A stretch of DNA of 64,000 bases from Eledone cirrhosa (taxonomy: Eukaryota), in NCBI GenBank assembly GCA_964016885.1, contig OZ024741.1, positions 66,216,001-66,280,000 of the forward strand, written 5' to 3'. Under the pieces are notes generated by a model that saw only the letters and a list, made by a program, of their open reading frames with translations, had not been told where the DNA came from and searched no databases. This document shows positions 12,872 through 25,263 of this stretch, in pieces. A program made the position numbers and the translations under genes. How positions within the stretch are numbered: position 1 is the stretch's first letter; every line of letters begins with the position of its first letter.

Positions 12872-13459
12872 TTAAATGGCCATGTCACTATGGCGCCACT
12901 ATGACTCCATCAGGAGTTACAAGTCCATACAAACATACTTGTACAAGGAAGCATACAAGCTGACTGATGGATCATGCAGCTTACCAACCAACAGACCTAA
13001 ACTTACAAGAAAGTAAGACTGGTTAACTGACATAAAGACAGGTTTGTCAACTGGAGTATATTTTTGATTTTGTAAGGTATTCAAAAAAAGGAGCATAAGG
13101 AGGAGGTGAATAAAAAGAAAGAGTAGGAGAATAGGGAGGATAAGGGAGAGAATAGTATGGCAGATAAAGATAAGAATTAATGGGAGGAAAAGGGGTAGTG
13201 GAAAGGGGGAGAGATGGAGAAAGAAAAAGCAGTATCCGTTATATTTTGTGGGTACTCCAAGAATGGTGAAATCAATGCCCCCCAAAATTTGCGGCCTTGT
13301 GCCTAAATTAGAAATCAATAATTTACTCAGAAGAGAAAGGAAAATAATTATGACCTTTGCATACTTTCCAGGACTGGTCATATAATAATAATTAAAATTA
13401 TTGCATACAGTGCTCAGGTGTACTACAACTCATCAAAGATGCATGTATAGTATATATAA

Positions 13460-13620
13460 TAATTGTTTCTACTTTTGGCACAAGGCCAACAATTACCCAG
13501 TACATTACTGGATGAAAGGCAAAGTTAACCTCAACAGTATTTGAACTCAGATCGTAAAGGGACGTAACTATGCTAGAAAGTATGGCGTCCGATCCTCTAC
13601 CGATACTGCTAATTCACCAG
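13460..13620 (-). mobile_element. tRNA-derived SINE (major family)
   Basis: Reverse complement of the family seen at 15572-15770. Confidence 0.75.
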
Positions 13621-13674
13621 AATAATGTGCAAATGTCAGGAAAGTAAACAGTCATGGTATATATACACAGATAT

Positions 13675-14250
13675 ATTGCAGTGTGCAGGAGAGGAAATTG
13701 CATTGGTATGGACATGTAATGCATATAAAGGATGACAGCTGCATAAAAAGGTTCAGAGTGCTAAAAGTCAATGGAAGACTTGGAGTAGGGAGACCCAAGA
13801 AGACCTGGGATGAGGTGATAAAAGTTGATCTTGCCCAATTGCACATTTCAAAGGCGATGACACATGAACGAGACCTCTGGCATTATGCAATAATACAAAA
13901 GACCCGACTTCTCACAGGTACAAGCCGAAGCTGAAGCATATTGACAATATGCCCCCAACACCCTCCCACAGTAACGTGGACGTGTAGGTGTCACAATACT
14001 AAAAGCACTCAGTCCACACTGTAAAGTGGTTGTGTAGGCGCCACGATAAATAGCACCTGTCACTGTAAATGAGATTGGTGTTAGGAAGAGCATCCAGCTG
14101 TAGAAATCAAACCAAAATTAGTTCTGTATGAGCAAGACATGGTCACTTAACCTGGCATTGCCCACAACAGGATAACTCGTCTAACCCATGCTAGCGTGGA
14201 GGAATGGACGGAAAATGGTGATGATGGTGATGGGGATGATGATGATGATA
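13675..14250 (+). mobile_element. RTE LINE 3' fragment (ORF end, 3' UTR, GAT tail)
   Basis: RKLHWYGHVM...GVGRPKKTW followed by the RTE tail. Confidence 0.85.
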
Positions 14251-15135
14251 TTCATACAGCCATTGTCCACCAAAAAAAAAACAAAAAAAACATGAGCAGA
14301 GATAGAAATAAGTGTGTGGTCAGAATGTTTACAACAGAATGAACCAAAATACCATATGGTGCTGTTAAACAGGATAGCATGGTAAGTGAGGTTATATATT
14401 TTTTATATACAATTCACCATGTCAGCACAAAAGAAGTGTTCCCTACTCCCACCTACATCCCTGTTCCTTGTACAACCGATGCCAACATAGAAAACCAAGC
14501 ACAACATATTCTCTTAAGGCCACCTCCAAGACCAAACACTTCCTTTACCATGGTTTTATGAGCCCCCCACCCTCTTCCCATCAATGCCTTTACAGTGCTG
14601 GTGTCATAATAAAAATGCACCCAGGCCATCTGGTAAAGTGGTAGTGCTGGTGCCATGAAAAATGTGCCCAATCCACCCTATAAGGTAGTAGTGCTGGTGC
14701 CATGACAAAAAAGCACTCAGTCTACCCTGCACAGTGGTTCTGCAGGTATCATGATAAAATGCTCTTAGTACATGCTCTAAAGTCATGGATGTTAGGAAGA
14801 GCATCTAGCCATAGAAACCAAGCCAAAAATGGAGCAGACTAACAAGATTTAGTCACCTCACCAGCCAAATCTTTCATCCTTTTGAGGTCAATAAAGTAAC
14901 ATTCCAGTACTGGGGTCAATTCTCTCTCTCGAAGAAGAAGAAATTGAGTGTGTTCCAGCTTGGAGAGGGATAGGCTCTGCTAGGTTTAAAATGTCTCTTC
15001 GACGCCTTCAGTTGAGGGTCATTCACAGATCTTCACATGGTGAACTAATTAGCCGTAAAACATTGTTTACATGGAACATAAACAAATGTTACTGTCAGCA
15101 TAATCAGTGTTAAACATGAAGTGCATATGTCATCT

Positions 15136-15164
<29 letters not shown>

Positions 15165-15166
<2 letters not shown>

Positions 15167-15390
15167 AAGTAAACAGAAATAACAAAGCAAACGACAAAGT
15201 ACAATGAAGAAATAAATTAGTTTAACACTTGAAATAATAAGAAAAGAGGAAAAGAGTCTTAACGTTTCGGACACTGGTCCTTGATCAGAATACGTAATTA
15301 GAAATAAAAGATAAAGAGTGAGAAGAGGAAGGAATGAGGGAGGGGGGGGGGGGGGGGGTTAAAATGAGAAATAAACACGTGTTTTCAATC
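15165..15390 (-). mobile_element. Penelope-like terminal repeat with degenerate hammerhead ribozyme
   Basis: Minus strand ctgatca-aggac-cagt-gtcc-gaaacgtt; abuts (TA)n; homologous to 41295-41465. Confidence 0.55.
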
Positions 15391-15571
15391 AGCCATATAT
15401 ATATAACTTTGTGTTCACTCTGGACAAAAATGTATTAACTTTTCACACCATTGAGTGCTTTGTGGCTGCCTCAAAAAGAATTTGATTGATATCTGTTATA
15501 TTGTGGTTACAATTTGACATATACCTATTATATGGCGGCCCTTCTTGCCAATAAATGAAATCATTATTAGT

Positions 15572-15770
15572 ATGGTGAATTGGCAGTATCGGTAGAGGGT
15601 CGGACCCCATGCTTTGTAGCAGATAGTTACGGCCCTTTCCGGTCTGAGTTCAAATCCCGCCAAGGTTAACTTTGCCTTTCATCCTTACGGGGTGGCTAAA
15701 ATAAAGTACCAGTAATGTACTGGGATAATTGCTGGCCTTGTGCCAAAAGTAGAAACAATTATTATTATTA
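15572..15770 (+). mobile_element. tRNA-derived SINE (major family), full length
   Basis: A box tggcagtatcgg, B box gttcaaatcc, central gcctttcatccttacgggg...aaataaagtaccag, (ATT)n tail. Further copies near 25770, 27055, 27427, 27613, 31790, 37940, 47765, 48090, 51725, 63880. Confidence 0.85.
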
Positions 15771-15782
15771 TATATATATATC

Positions 15783-15990
15783 AGGCCGTGTAGGCAACAC
15801 GGTAAAAACCTCCCAGCCCCACACTGTAAATGTGGTTGGTGTTAGGAAGGGCATCCAGCTGTAGAAAACCCGCCAGATAGTCCTATGCGAGCAAGATAAT
15901 CACTCTTGCCTCAAGTGGGAAAACCCCCATCCAAACCCATGCAAGCGTGGAACACGGACGTTAAACGATGATGATGATGATGATGATGAT
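15783..15990 (+). mobile_element. RTE 3' end, same subfamily as the 35.4-37.6 kb element
   Basis: Near identity to 37415-37620; (GAT)n tail. Confidence 0.85.
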
Positions 15991-16214
15991 CACACTCACA
16001 CATACATATACCTACCAGATAGAACAATAAAAAAAAATTGCTGTAAAACATATGAAGATTATTTCAATACTAAATTAGGTTAATCAATATTTTTTTATCA
16101 ATTATGTAAATTAAATTTCATTTTCATAATGTTTTTATGAACCCAGCCTAATTTCATTGACCCACTGTGTAAAATATGCACATGTGTGTTTCTTATAAGT
16201 ATGGCAGCATTTAA

Positions 16215-16632
16215 TCCTTTACCATTTACATTACTCTATGCTTACTATTGTATTTTCACAGAAAAAGCTTTACCTCACATAATTTTCTCACATAATATCG
16301 AAATTACGAGATTTTCATATTATTTATTTTGAGAACTATACCTTAACATAAGTATGAGCAACAGGTTACAGCCGGTTTTAACAGAAAGAGGTAAGAGAAA
16401 TCTGGCCGGATACGACTTTAGCATTTAAACCGGCTGTATCCGGCCAGAATTTTCTCACCTCTTTCTGTTCAAACCGGCCATAACTGGCTGCTCATTCTTA
16501 TGTTAAGGTATTGTTCTCAAAATAAATAATATCAAAATCTCATAGATTCGATATTATGTGAGATAATTATGTGAGGTAAAGTGTTTATCGTGAAAACAAT
16601 AGTAAATATAGAGTAATGTAAATGCTAAAGGG
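16215..16632. repeat. Fold-back of two family-A MITE copies (~200-bp arms)
   Basis: 16215-16413 is the reverse complement of ~16437-16632; TTAA at both outer ends. Confidence 0.9.
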
Positions 16633-17584
16633 TTAAAATTGTTTGTATACAAAAGCTTTGTCAATCATATTTTATATACAAAAGTTTTGTCAATCATGTA
16701 TGTGCATATGTATATATATATACATAGAAACATTTCCCATGGGAACTTTCAGCATGGAGAACATATAAGTTAAGTACAGACTGAAGTAACAAGTTAAAAA
16801 TAATACATAAATGAAATTACAGCCATAAGAATACATTAATGAAAATGTTCTCAGAAAAGACAAGGGAGAGAAATCCTGAAACAGTCAATCAACAAAAAAT
16901 TAAGATATGCATGGAGAAGAGTTTTTTTGTTGCCGCTAACCATATTGCAGTTTTGGTGATTTTACTCAAGCTAGTCACCAATCTGGTACTTATCTCAGAC
17001 CTGTGAAGACTAGGCTTTTTTAGAGGCAACTTTTACTCGCCTCATCATAGCTACATCTCTGGGTTGTGAGAGTTTTCTTAGGAGCTAAAGGTGTCACCCA
17101 TTGCTCCATCTCCCCTAATAATTTACCAGTGTTGGTCCTGGGTGGCTTATTTATCTGGCAGCAGCCCGCTTATATTGCAACTAACCATCACAGCTGGTGG
17201 TCGTATCACTATTCATCACCTGCAACACATTCTCTAGTCTGATCTCTTCAAATCTGTGTTAGATGTTTGTGTTAAGAGAAGGGCTGAGCTGTCAACTGAT
17301 CTAGTTATCTGCAGCTTGAGACTATCTAAAGCCAAGGAAGCCCACAAAGCTGGCACATCCAAGTCAACCAACAGGATAAAATGCAAAGTGTTGGCAGATA
17401 AGTCAAAACCAGATATGTGGTTACTATTGCATCCAAATTCAGAGAAATCTCTGAGCAAACTGAGATTGTTGAAACAAAAGTGGAGTCTAACAGCTCCACA
17501 AACTACCAAGCAGCCTCTTTTAGGATTGTTCTGCTCATTATTGCAGATTGAGGATGGCATTAGAAAAAGGTGCAAAATCATTAA

Positions 17585-17821
17585 CCCTTTCGTTACTATA
17601 TTTCTAATGAAAGATACTATCCATAATTTTCAAATAATTTTGGAAATAATCAAGAATTTAGAGAGATTTAATAACATAGCTAACTTTCTTTTATTAAGCT
17701 GATGTTTGGAACATAACTTAATAAAGGTTCTTACATAAAATTATGATGGAAGGTTTTTTCACATAAATATAAATAGATTTTTCTTACCAGGATAGTTTCA
17801 GACAGTTTGGTATCAAAATGG
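17585..17821. mobile_element. piggyBac-type MITE, family B
   Basis: TTAA|ccctttcgttac ... gtttggtatcaaaatgg|TTAA. Confidence 0.6.
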
Positions 17822-18529
17822 TTAAAGTATATTTGATTTGCTATATGTCTCTTTACATGTAAGGGGACAAAAATTTCATTCAGTCAGCATCATAGTTGAC
17901 TGTACACATCAAAAGATTGAGATTACTTATGTCTATTGACTAAAAGGCCTATAGAACATAATCATGGTTTTAAAATATGCAATCTTTTTCACTTTACTGA
18001 TGACAAACACAGACACATGTAGTGTACCTGAGCACTGTACACAATAATTTTCATTATTTTATTTCATTATTTATATATGGGTGTTAGTATACATATATTT
18101 ATACATATATTTGGCACAAAAAGTACAAACACATCAAATTTTAGAGTGACAAAAGCCCATCCATCATGAATACCATTCTCTAAAGGTTTGAAGCCTTTCA
18201 ACTTGCAACAAACAGAAACAAAACAACAAAAAAAAAGCAAAATAAATACACTACAAACACTGCAGTGGTTAGGTTCCTGAATTTATGATCATAAGGTCAT
18301 GGGCTCATTTCTTTGACCATTTGGTGCAATGTGTTCTTGAACATGACTTGTTGCTTTTCATGATATGACTGTGACCCCTATCATTAAAACACTCAAGAAA
18401 CGTCCTATGAAATGTAACCTTGTAGGAGACCAGCTAAATCTGCATAAATGTGGTCAGTGTGGTTGAAACGTGCATTTGAAAATGCAGCAAAGGGGATTCG
18501 CCTGAACACCAGATTATATGGCAGGCACC

Positions 18530-19310
18530 TCTGTCTATCTCACAATAGATCCAAGACAAGAGTGCATGTAGCACTCAATAGAGACATGTTGTTCCCCCAA
18601 TGATGCAACAGATGTCAGTCACACTCAGCAGAATCTCCAGTCACTGATGGACCGCTTTGGGTTGACTATCACTTTGGAAAAGACAAGTGTCCTAGAACAG
18701 GCTACAGAAACACAATTGTAAGCAAAATGTCATTTAGTGTAGTTAATACAAAACCAATAAGTTTCAAAAAGCTGGTACAATGCAGTAGAAATATATAAAG
18801 GGCAAAGGATGAGAAATAAAACAAAACAAAGTAATGTTTTACCCAGTATATTTAAACATGATATTTCTAGAATATTACTCTCTTTTTCAAATGTGAAGAA
18901 GAAATGGTTCAAAACAAAAACAAACCATCAATGTGTTTTTCCTTAACAGGCTACAGAAACATTACCACTGTTTAGCATAGGCAACTATAAACAAAATGTC
19001 ATCTATTAGTTTCCATAATTTGACTTTACCATCACAGACAACCTGTCTTTAGACACTGAGATTAACAAGAGGATCAGGAAGGCAGCTTCAACTCTCTCCT
19101 GTCTCATGTTTCAAGTGTGGACATGTTCTAAGCTAACTGCAAAGATAAAGATAAGGGTCTAAACCATAATCATATTACAGTCTGGCAGTGAGATATGGAC
19201 TACATAGGCCAAACAGAAGTGAAAACTGAACACATTCCACTTGGGAAATATCTACCATACCCTGAATATATTCTGACAAGATGGATTGACCAACACAGCA
19301 ATTCTGTAGA
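18530..19310 (+). mobile_element. Old RTE-like RT remnant
   Basis: Degenerate QQNLQSLMDRFGLTITLEKT and LDTEINKRIRKAASTL motifs. Confidence 0.6.
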
Positions 19311-19465
19311 TACATACATAAATGATTGGCTCAATCATCTGTGAAACTTATGTAACTGGTTGATTATCAATAAAAACATTCATTTTAAACTTAATTTCTA
19401 TACTCTGCTTTAGCATTGAATGTTAATATTATACCACCTACAGTAACCCATAAAATTACTGAATA

Positions 19466-19523
<58 letters not shown>

Positions 19524-20496
19524 TAATCTATCTCAAATAAGGCTCATATTTGACTAGAGGGAAGATCACATTAGATACCTTAAAAATAAAGAAACCCATA
19601 TGCGTATCATCTCAGAGGCAAAATTCATTATTAAGCAAGCTAAATATCTAGGGCGTAACAAATTTATTACCTCTTACTGCAGTTTCCCAGACTAAAAACC
19701 CACAGAAATTTTCTATCTCAATTAAAACAGAAAGCATATCTTTGCCAGAAAATTTGTCTGATCATCAGTGAGGTTTTATCTGTTCCGAAAAATTAAGAGA
19801 GACAAAATATTTACTATTAATATATATATAGTATTGTACATCATGCTGGATTTTATTTCGGGATTACAAGAGATCCAACAACAGGAGGTTAAAATATTTT
19901 GTCTCACTTAATTTTTATATATATTATTTGAACAGATTAAATGTTTTAGCACAAAATCTGTACTTTCGCTGTATCTAGAGATTTTCAGAAACTGTGACAG
20001 TCTAAAAGCTGAGGACACAGCTATAAGCCTTTCAAAGATATTAAAGTCAAATATATTTAAAATACAAGAAAATATAATGGTTTATGTGAGAACATCCAAC
20101 ATAACTTCAGCAATGAATTTACATATACAATAAATAAAATGAGTTTTATATAATTTGACAAGGTGAAGAAAGCTAGTGCATACGTACTGATAAGCTAACA
20201 ATGTCTCCCTCTCATATGTCTCTGAGGATTGACCACAATCTCATATCTGAAACTGCTGAGCTTGCAGTTGATCCTCTACTTTTACTAATATACCCACTCT
20301 GCATCGTACCATGTATTGAGTACTTCTTTTTTAATTTGTGGTCTTCCCGGTCCCAGTACCACAAATTATCTCTCTCTCTCTCTCATATATATATATTTAT
20401 ATCACTCTGTCTAGCTCGAGACCTCGACACTGAAGTGAACCTAGAAATCGAGTGTTCACCCGGATGAACTTACAGTAACTCCAAGTTATACTCCCT

Positions 20497-20540
<44 letters not shown>

Positions 20541-20544
<4 letters not shown>

Positions 20545-21250
20545 GTAGAACACTGGAAGGTAATATCCGTAGTGGTAGAGCACTCAGTCCATGGGATGTG
20601 TTAGGTAGAAGTGGTTACACAACAGTTAGTTCACCAAACCGAGAATAATTGTTTCACCTTAGCGGATCTTCAGCTCGTAATGGACATGGTTATACAGAAC
20701 AGGAAGGACAACTGTACGAACGTGCATGCGCAGAAACGGTCACTTCACTCAGGCAATACTAAATTGTGTGCGAGAGGCGTAAGGGAGATAACTGCGAAAG
20801 TCCGAAAGTTTCTAGTTGATAAGAAAATTAGGATGTTGTTGTAATTCAATCCGGAGCTTTGTAGTTTTGTAAGAGGTGTTTCCAGACATGTGGACAACGT
20901 GTGAAGAATTCATTTCTTGTGTTTAGGCAATCGCTATTGCGTAATCTCTTTAGAATATTTATTCGTTCATCAATACATAGTCCACATGACAGATTTCCCC
21001 TTGCGTATGGCTTGGACTTAGTGATGGCTTTCCATTGAATGGAGTAGTCTATACTTGAGTCCTTGAGGGACCATACGTGGCTCGCAAGTTTCGTGGATGA
21101 ACATCTGTCTGGGTACCTAAAGGTTGACTGGTGGTTCAGGAAGCGTGCCTTAAATCGGCCCTCCGCCATACCCACATAGGATTTGACCTCCTGTGGTTGA
21201 TTTGGTCGGTTGGAAGTGACTACAGCTTCATAAACTACAGCGAACTGCAA
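20541..21250 (-). mobile_element. Penelope-like element 3' fragment (GIY-YIG endonuclease + hammerhead), Naiad-like
   Basis: VVYEAVV..SYVGMAEGRFKARFLNH..TKLASHVWSLK..W..CGLCIDE..LNTRNE..CPH; ends in (TA)n. Confidence 0.85.
20640..20677 (-). ncRNA. Minimal type I hammerhead ribozyme (stem III mismatch)
   Basis: cgag-CTGAAGA-tccgctaaggt-GAAA-caattatt-ctcg. Confidence 0.65.
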
Positions 21251-23107
21251 CTGTCACCTACCGGATAAGTGCCCACTAGCGAATAGGTGCCTTGATTCGG
21301 GCCTAGTGTACATGTGTACTATAAACTCGGGCAACTCCACTTGGCACTACAAGAGATCTACCGCGGGTGCTTTTAAAAAAAGATGGTATGTGCACAGACA
21401 TTCAATGAAGAACCGTGCACTGATAAATTTTACAACCCTCACCAATAAAATCTGGCAACTTAAGGACAAAAACCTTGATTATAATATTAGCTGGTCGAAA
21501 TTGGCGAACGCAAAGGCATATAGCAGCGGTATGTCCTACTGCGGGCTCTGTAACCTAGAATTGCTGTATATCTTAAGGAACGATAAAATGCTACTCAACA
21601 ACAAAATAGAAAGGTCAATTTTCTGCAGACATAGGATTGCTACTAAATTTGCGAGATTTAAACCACCGTGATTCGAACCAATACCACTTAGCTTTTAACA
21701 TATGAAATCCACCTCCTCACACAGCCCAATACGGAACTATAACCTTCTAGAAATACCTTATAGCCTCCCTAATTCTATCCCACTAGAATATGTCTACAAC
21801 TATCTTATCAGCCCATAAATCAATCCCACCTTCGCTGTTACCCACTCCTTCGGACCAGGGATTTATATCTCTCATTAGCACTCACTATCTCTAACAGATG
21901 AACCTAATTCTAAGTACATTATCTTATTACTCCTACACCCCTTGAAACCTCACTTTCCTCTTATTATTCTTATTATTATTATGAACATCTCAATATAGCC
22001 CTAATATTATTCATCATGTTCTATATACCTACCATGCACATTTTACTACTTTACTACCTCCTCGACCGTGACCTCTGGCGTCACGCAGTAATACAGAGTA
22101 CCTGACCTCCCATGGGTACAAGCTGAAGCATATAGACAATATGCCTCCACACCCCCACTGCAAGGTGGTCGTGGAGGTGCCACGGCAAAAAGCACCCAGC
22201 CCACACTGCAAAGTGGACGTGTAGGCGCCACGAATAAGCACCCAGCACTCACTGTAAATGAGGTTGGTGTTAGGAAGGGCATCCAGCTGTAGAAATCAAG
22301 CCAAATCAGTTCCTGTATGAGCATGGTCAGCCGACCAGACACTGCCCACAACAGGACAACCCGTCTAACCCATGCTAGCGTGGAAGAACGGACGTAAAAC
22401 GGTGATGATGATGATCACTATATATATATTTATACACGACTTGTTATTGATGCTGTGAAAACTAAACCCCCACGATTTGAACTAACAATCCCTACCTTTA
22501 GTATAGGCTACTTAAATAACGAATCTACAACATAAAAACTTTCATCATCACTAAATTAATCAAACGAAAATGTTTATCTGTCAAATAATTTAAAAAATAA
22601 AAAGTAAATCTCCGGTTTATTGCTAAAATACCTACAGCACAGTGGATACCTCATAAATTCTGTCTCCAAGTACATCTTAGTGGTTATTGTTATCTAGTCG
22701 CCACCCATCACTATATCTAATGTACCCTATAGCAGTTTTCACATGTCAATTCCATACATCTGTATCATATCAGTCTGTTTAACATGCTAGATTCTTCATT
22801 ATACTCTATCTCTTACTTATATTGATGTTATTATTTTAATTGTCTGCTATCAAGTTATTTTATTTTATCATTGATATTATTGTTCTGGTTTAATACCACA
22901 CTTATATAAAAACCATGCCTTATGTATTTTCTTCATTTTACCCGCTCTGATGAAATAGACTTGTTATAAACAAAGTATTGGAGTTCGATTGGCGCAAAAT
23001 CAGGCGTATAGCGAACTCTAGACCTGCCAGATCAAAGAAACAATTGTCAGCAATGTGAATAAAGCCCTTATTGTATAGCGAACCATGTCAATCTTCTTTC
23101 TTGAATT
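21243..23107 (+). mobile_element. Second Penelope-like element 3' fragment (GIY-YIG, long 3' UTR, hammerhead-like motif), with an RTE tail inserted at ~22030-22420
   Basis: In frame CNCHLPDKCPLANRCLDSGLVYMCT..FKKRWYVH..TTLTNKIWQLK..W..CGLCNLE..CRH; CTGATGA..GAAACAATTGTC, AATAAA, then (TA)n. Confidence 0.75.
22030..22418 (+). mobile_element. RTE 3' UTR/SINE-like tail
   Basis: 48-nt modules, ttaggaagggcatccagc, (GAT)n tail. Confidence 0.8.
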
Positions 23108-23443
23108 ATATATATATATACTCTAACCCTAACGCTGATTTTCATATTTCGATTGTCATAATGATATTGTTTGAACAACTGGAAATGTTAAACTCTGAGT
23201 CATTGAGTTTTGATTCAAGAGGATTTTCCGTTTTTAATAATGTATGTGTGTGAGTGTGTGTGTGAAATCAACCAAAGCAAGCTGGCATACAAACAAAATG
23301 GAGAAGCCAAGTTCAACAAAACCACATAAATGGCATGCAGAGGTAAACACCTGAAATAATAATAACAATGACAATGAAAATCAAAATCAAAGCTTCAGCA
23401 GAGAAGCACAAACAAAACACAGTCTTGGATGATGAGAACTCAC

Positions 23444-23482
23444 TTTTAATCTGCTGATCATAATATTCCGGCTACTGTTCCT
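23444..23482 (-). CDS. Candidate 39-nt micro-exon of an unknown host gene
   Basis: Minus strand tttttcttttAG|...|GTgagt; one open frame RNSSRNIMISRLK; non-repetitive context. Confidence 0.3.
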
Positions 23483-23565
23483 CTAAAAGAAAAATAATTC
23501 AAGAATTCAATTTAAGGATTAGCGTATGTGTGTATGTGAGTGTGTTTGGGGGTATATTATATATA

Positions 23566-24840
23566 TCTACTATATAAATGGCAATTTGTGTCTGTGTATC
23601 TGTGTAATCTATGTATAACCAGTTGGCGCCTACACCAGTGATCCGATCCTGATGAAACTTTACACACATGGTAAGCTAATATTCAGAAACAGGACTGGCT
23701 AAATGGATTTCAATAAAAATCAATAATGGAACCCCTGGGGACATCTTTACAATGGAGGAGGAAAGAGAAGACGTTTCAGTGAGAGAGGGGGAAGAGGAGA
23801 TACTACTACTGTATGTTAAACTCTCCCTCCCACTACACCCCTTCCTCCTCCCACAACTCAGTCCTCCAAAACAAGGCAACAACTGATTAGAAATATAGAT
23901 AAAGAAATTTCAAACAAAGCAGATGACAATCTAATTTTGGTTGACGACTGAACAGATGTCTCTCTATATATATATATCACATCTACTGATATGGATTCTG
24001 AACACGTGCACACACTTAGGTCACATTAAGGTCAACTGCAGGAATCGGTGATAAGTTACAAAAAAATGTGATGATCAATGACCTGGAAGTTGGCTAACCA
24101 TGAGATTAGTCCGAAGAATAAAATCCAAATTGTATGTTGACGAATATTTGTACTTCCGACATGTTAATTGTAACATGCCGTCTTTGAGAGTAGAGTTTAT
24201 TTTGTCAATATTTTGAGGTGTCGGGTCGTTGGAAGATTAACACGAATTAAGAAGTAACTTTTCCCCCATTATTGACACTTTGCAACAGTGAACGTTACAA
24301 GGCCCTCTTTAGGACCAACACTTCTGATTGTTTATCCGAATTATTATGGTGTGTTTTCTCGGGTTATGTCTACTACAGGGGGAAAACAGGATGGTTTTAT
24401 TGAATTGCTTCAGTCATTCGAAGGGCTTTACAAATGGTGATATACAGGGTGCTTAAACAGTACCTGAATATGTTCACTCAGTTATAATTTCTTCAATAAT
24501 TGCGATGACATCCTCAATTGTTCTGTGTTTGTTCTTGAGCGCTAAGGCAGTAAGTTTGCTATTCTTATACATAAGTTTGTTGAATAAGTTTGATACTCTT
24601 CGAGCTCAAACTTCCCCGGCTTATTCACTCTGAATGAAGAAAGATGGATGGAAGAAGGACTTAGGACTTAAACAACTATTGATAGTTCCACACAAAAAAT
24701 TGATCTGCCATAAACACACCTAGCAAAGGTTGCTATTGAAAATCCAGTATGGGCACCCAGGGTAGCTAGCATTTTCAAGCACACTCTGGGAACTGCGAAT
24801 AACCCCACCTTTCCTGGGTATTACCGGGTACTGCAGCTAG
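23566..24840 (+). mobile_element. Non-autonomous Helitron-like element, second family
   Basis: A|TCtactatataaa start with tgtctg subterminal motif; ends imperfect hairpin cctgggtattaccggg-tactgcag-CTAG|T. Confidence 0.7.
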
Positions 24841-24953
24841 TATATATATATATATAGATGGAATTTCTGTATGAAAATTACATTATAATCTCATATGTAA
24901 CATTACTATTGTATCAGTGTGGTGAATTTATGAGTATCCTGGATAGAGAACTA

Positions 24954-25263
24954 CAGTTGTCCCCTGGTATTCATGGGGATTACGTTCCTAGAGCACCCAC
25001 AAAGATTGAAAAACTGCAAATATTGGACATGGTCCATAAAAATTGCCTATAAACATCAAAATATAATGTAAAATATTAATAATTTAGCGTTAAAAAATGT
25101 AAAAAAATATATATTGCCACAAAAAACACAAAAAAAACATTAAAAAATCGCGGAAGATATTTACGATTGTGCGAATATGCGGTGGTTTCTACAAATAATT
25201 ATTAGCTAGATTCTAAGGAAAATTCCACGAATAACTGGGACTGCAAATGCCAGGGATACACTG
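24954..25263. mobile_element. Tigger/pogo-like MITE
   Basis: TA|cagttgtcccctggtattc ... aatgccagggatacactg|TA. Confidence 0.65.

Noticed and set aside
15572-15665. tRNA genes
   Set aside because: A/B boxes belong to SINE heads; no cloverleaf
18400-18470. HKCGQCG zinc-finger-like peptide
   Set aside because: Immediate stop, no His pair, lies among repeat debris
18695-18960. Intron-like GTAAGC...ttaacAG insertion in the old RTE remnant
   Set aside because: Better explained by partial duplication of aacaggctacagaaaca; splicing would not restore the ORF
20221-20275. Hammerhead-like ctgagga..gaaactgc..gcagtt, and a similar motif near 44034-44105
   Set aside because: Stems I and II do not pair convincingly; at best decayed
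22950-22983. Possible SECIS overlapping the Penelope hammerhead (ATGA..AA..GA)
   Set aside because: Spacing not canonical (about 14 nt to AA, about 11 nt to GA) and no in-frame TGA in the retained ORF part
23123-23133. ctaaccctaac, identical to the TTAGGG telomerase template
   Set aside because: Only 11 nt, next to (TA)n; no pseudoknot or H/ACA features visible; chance or a tiny telomeric relic
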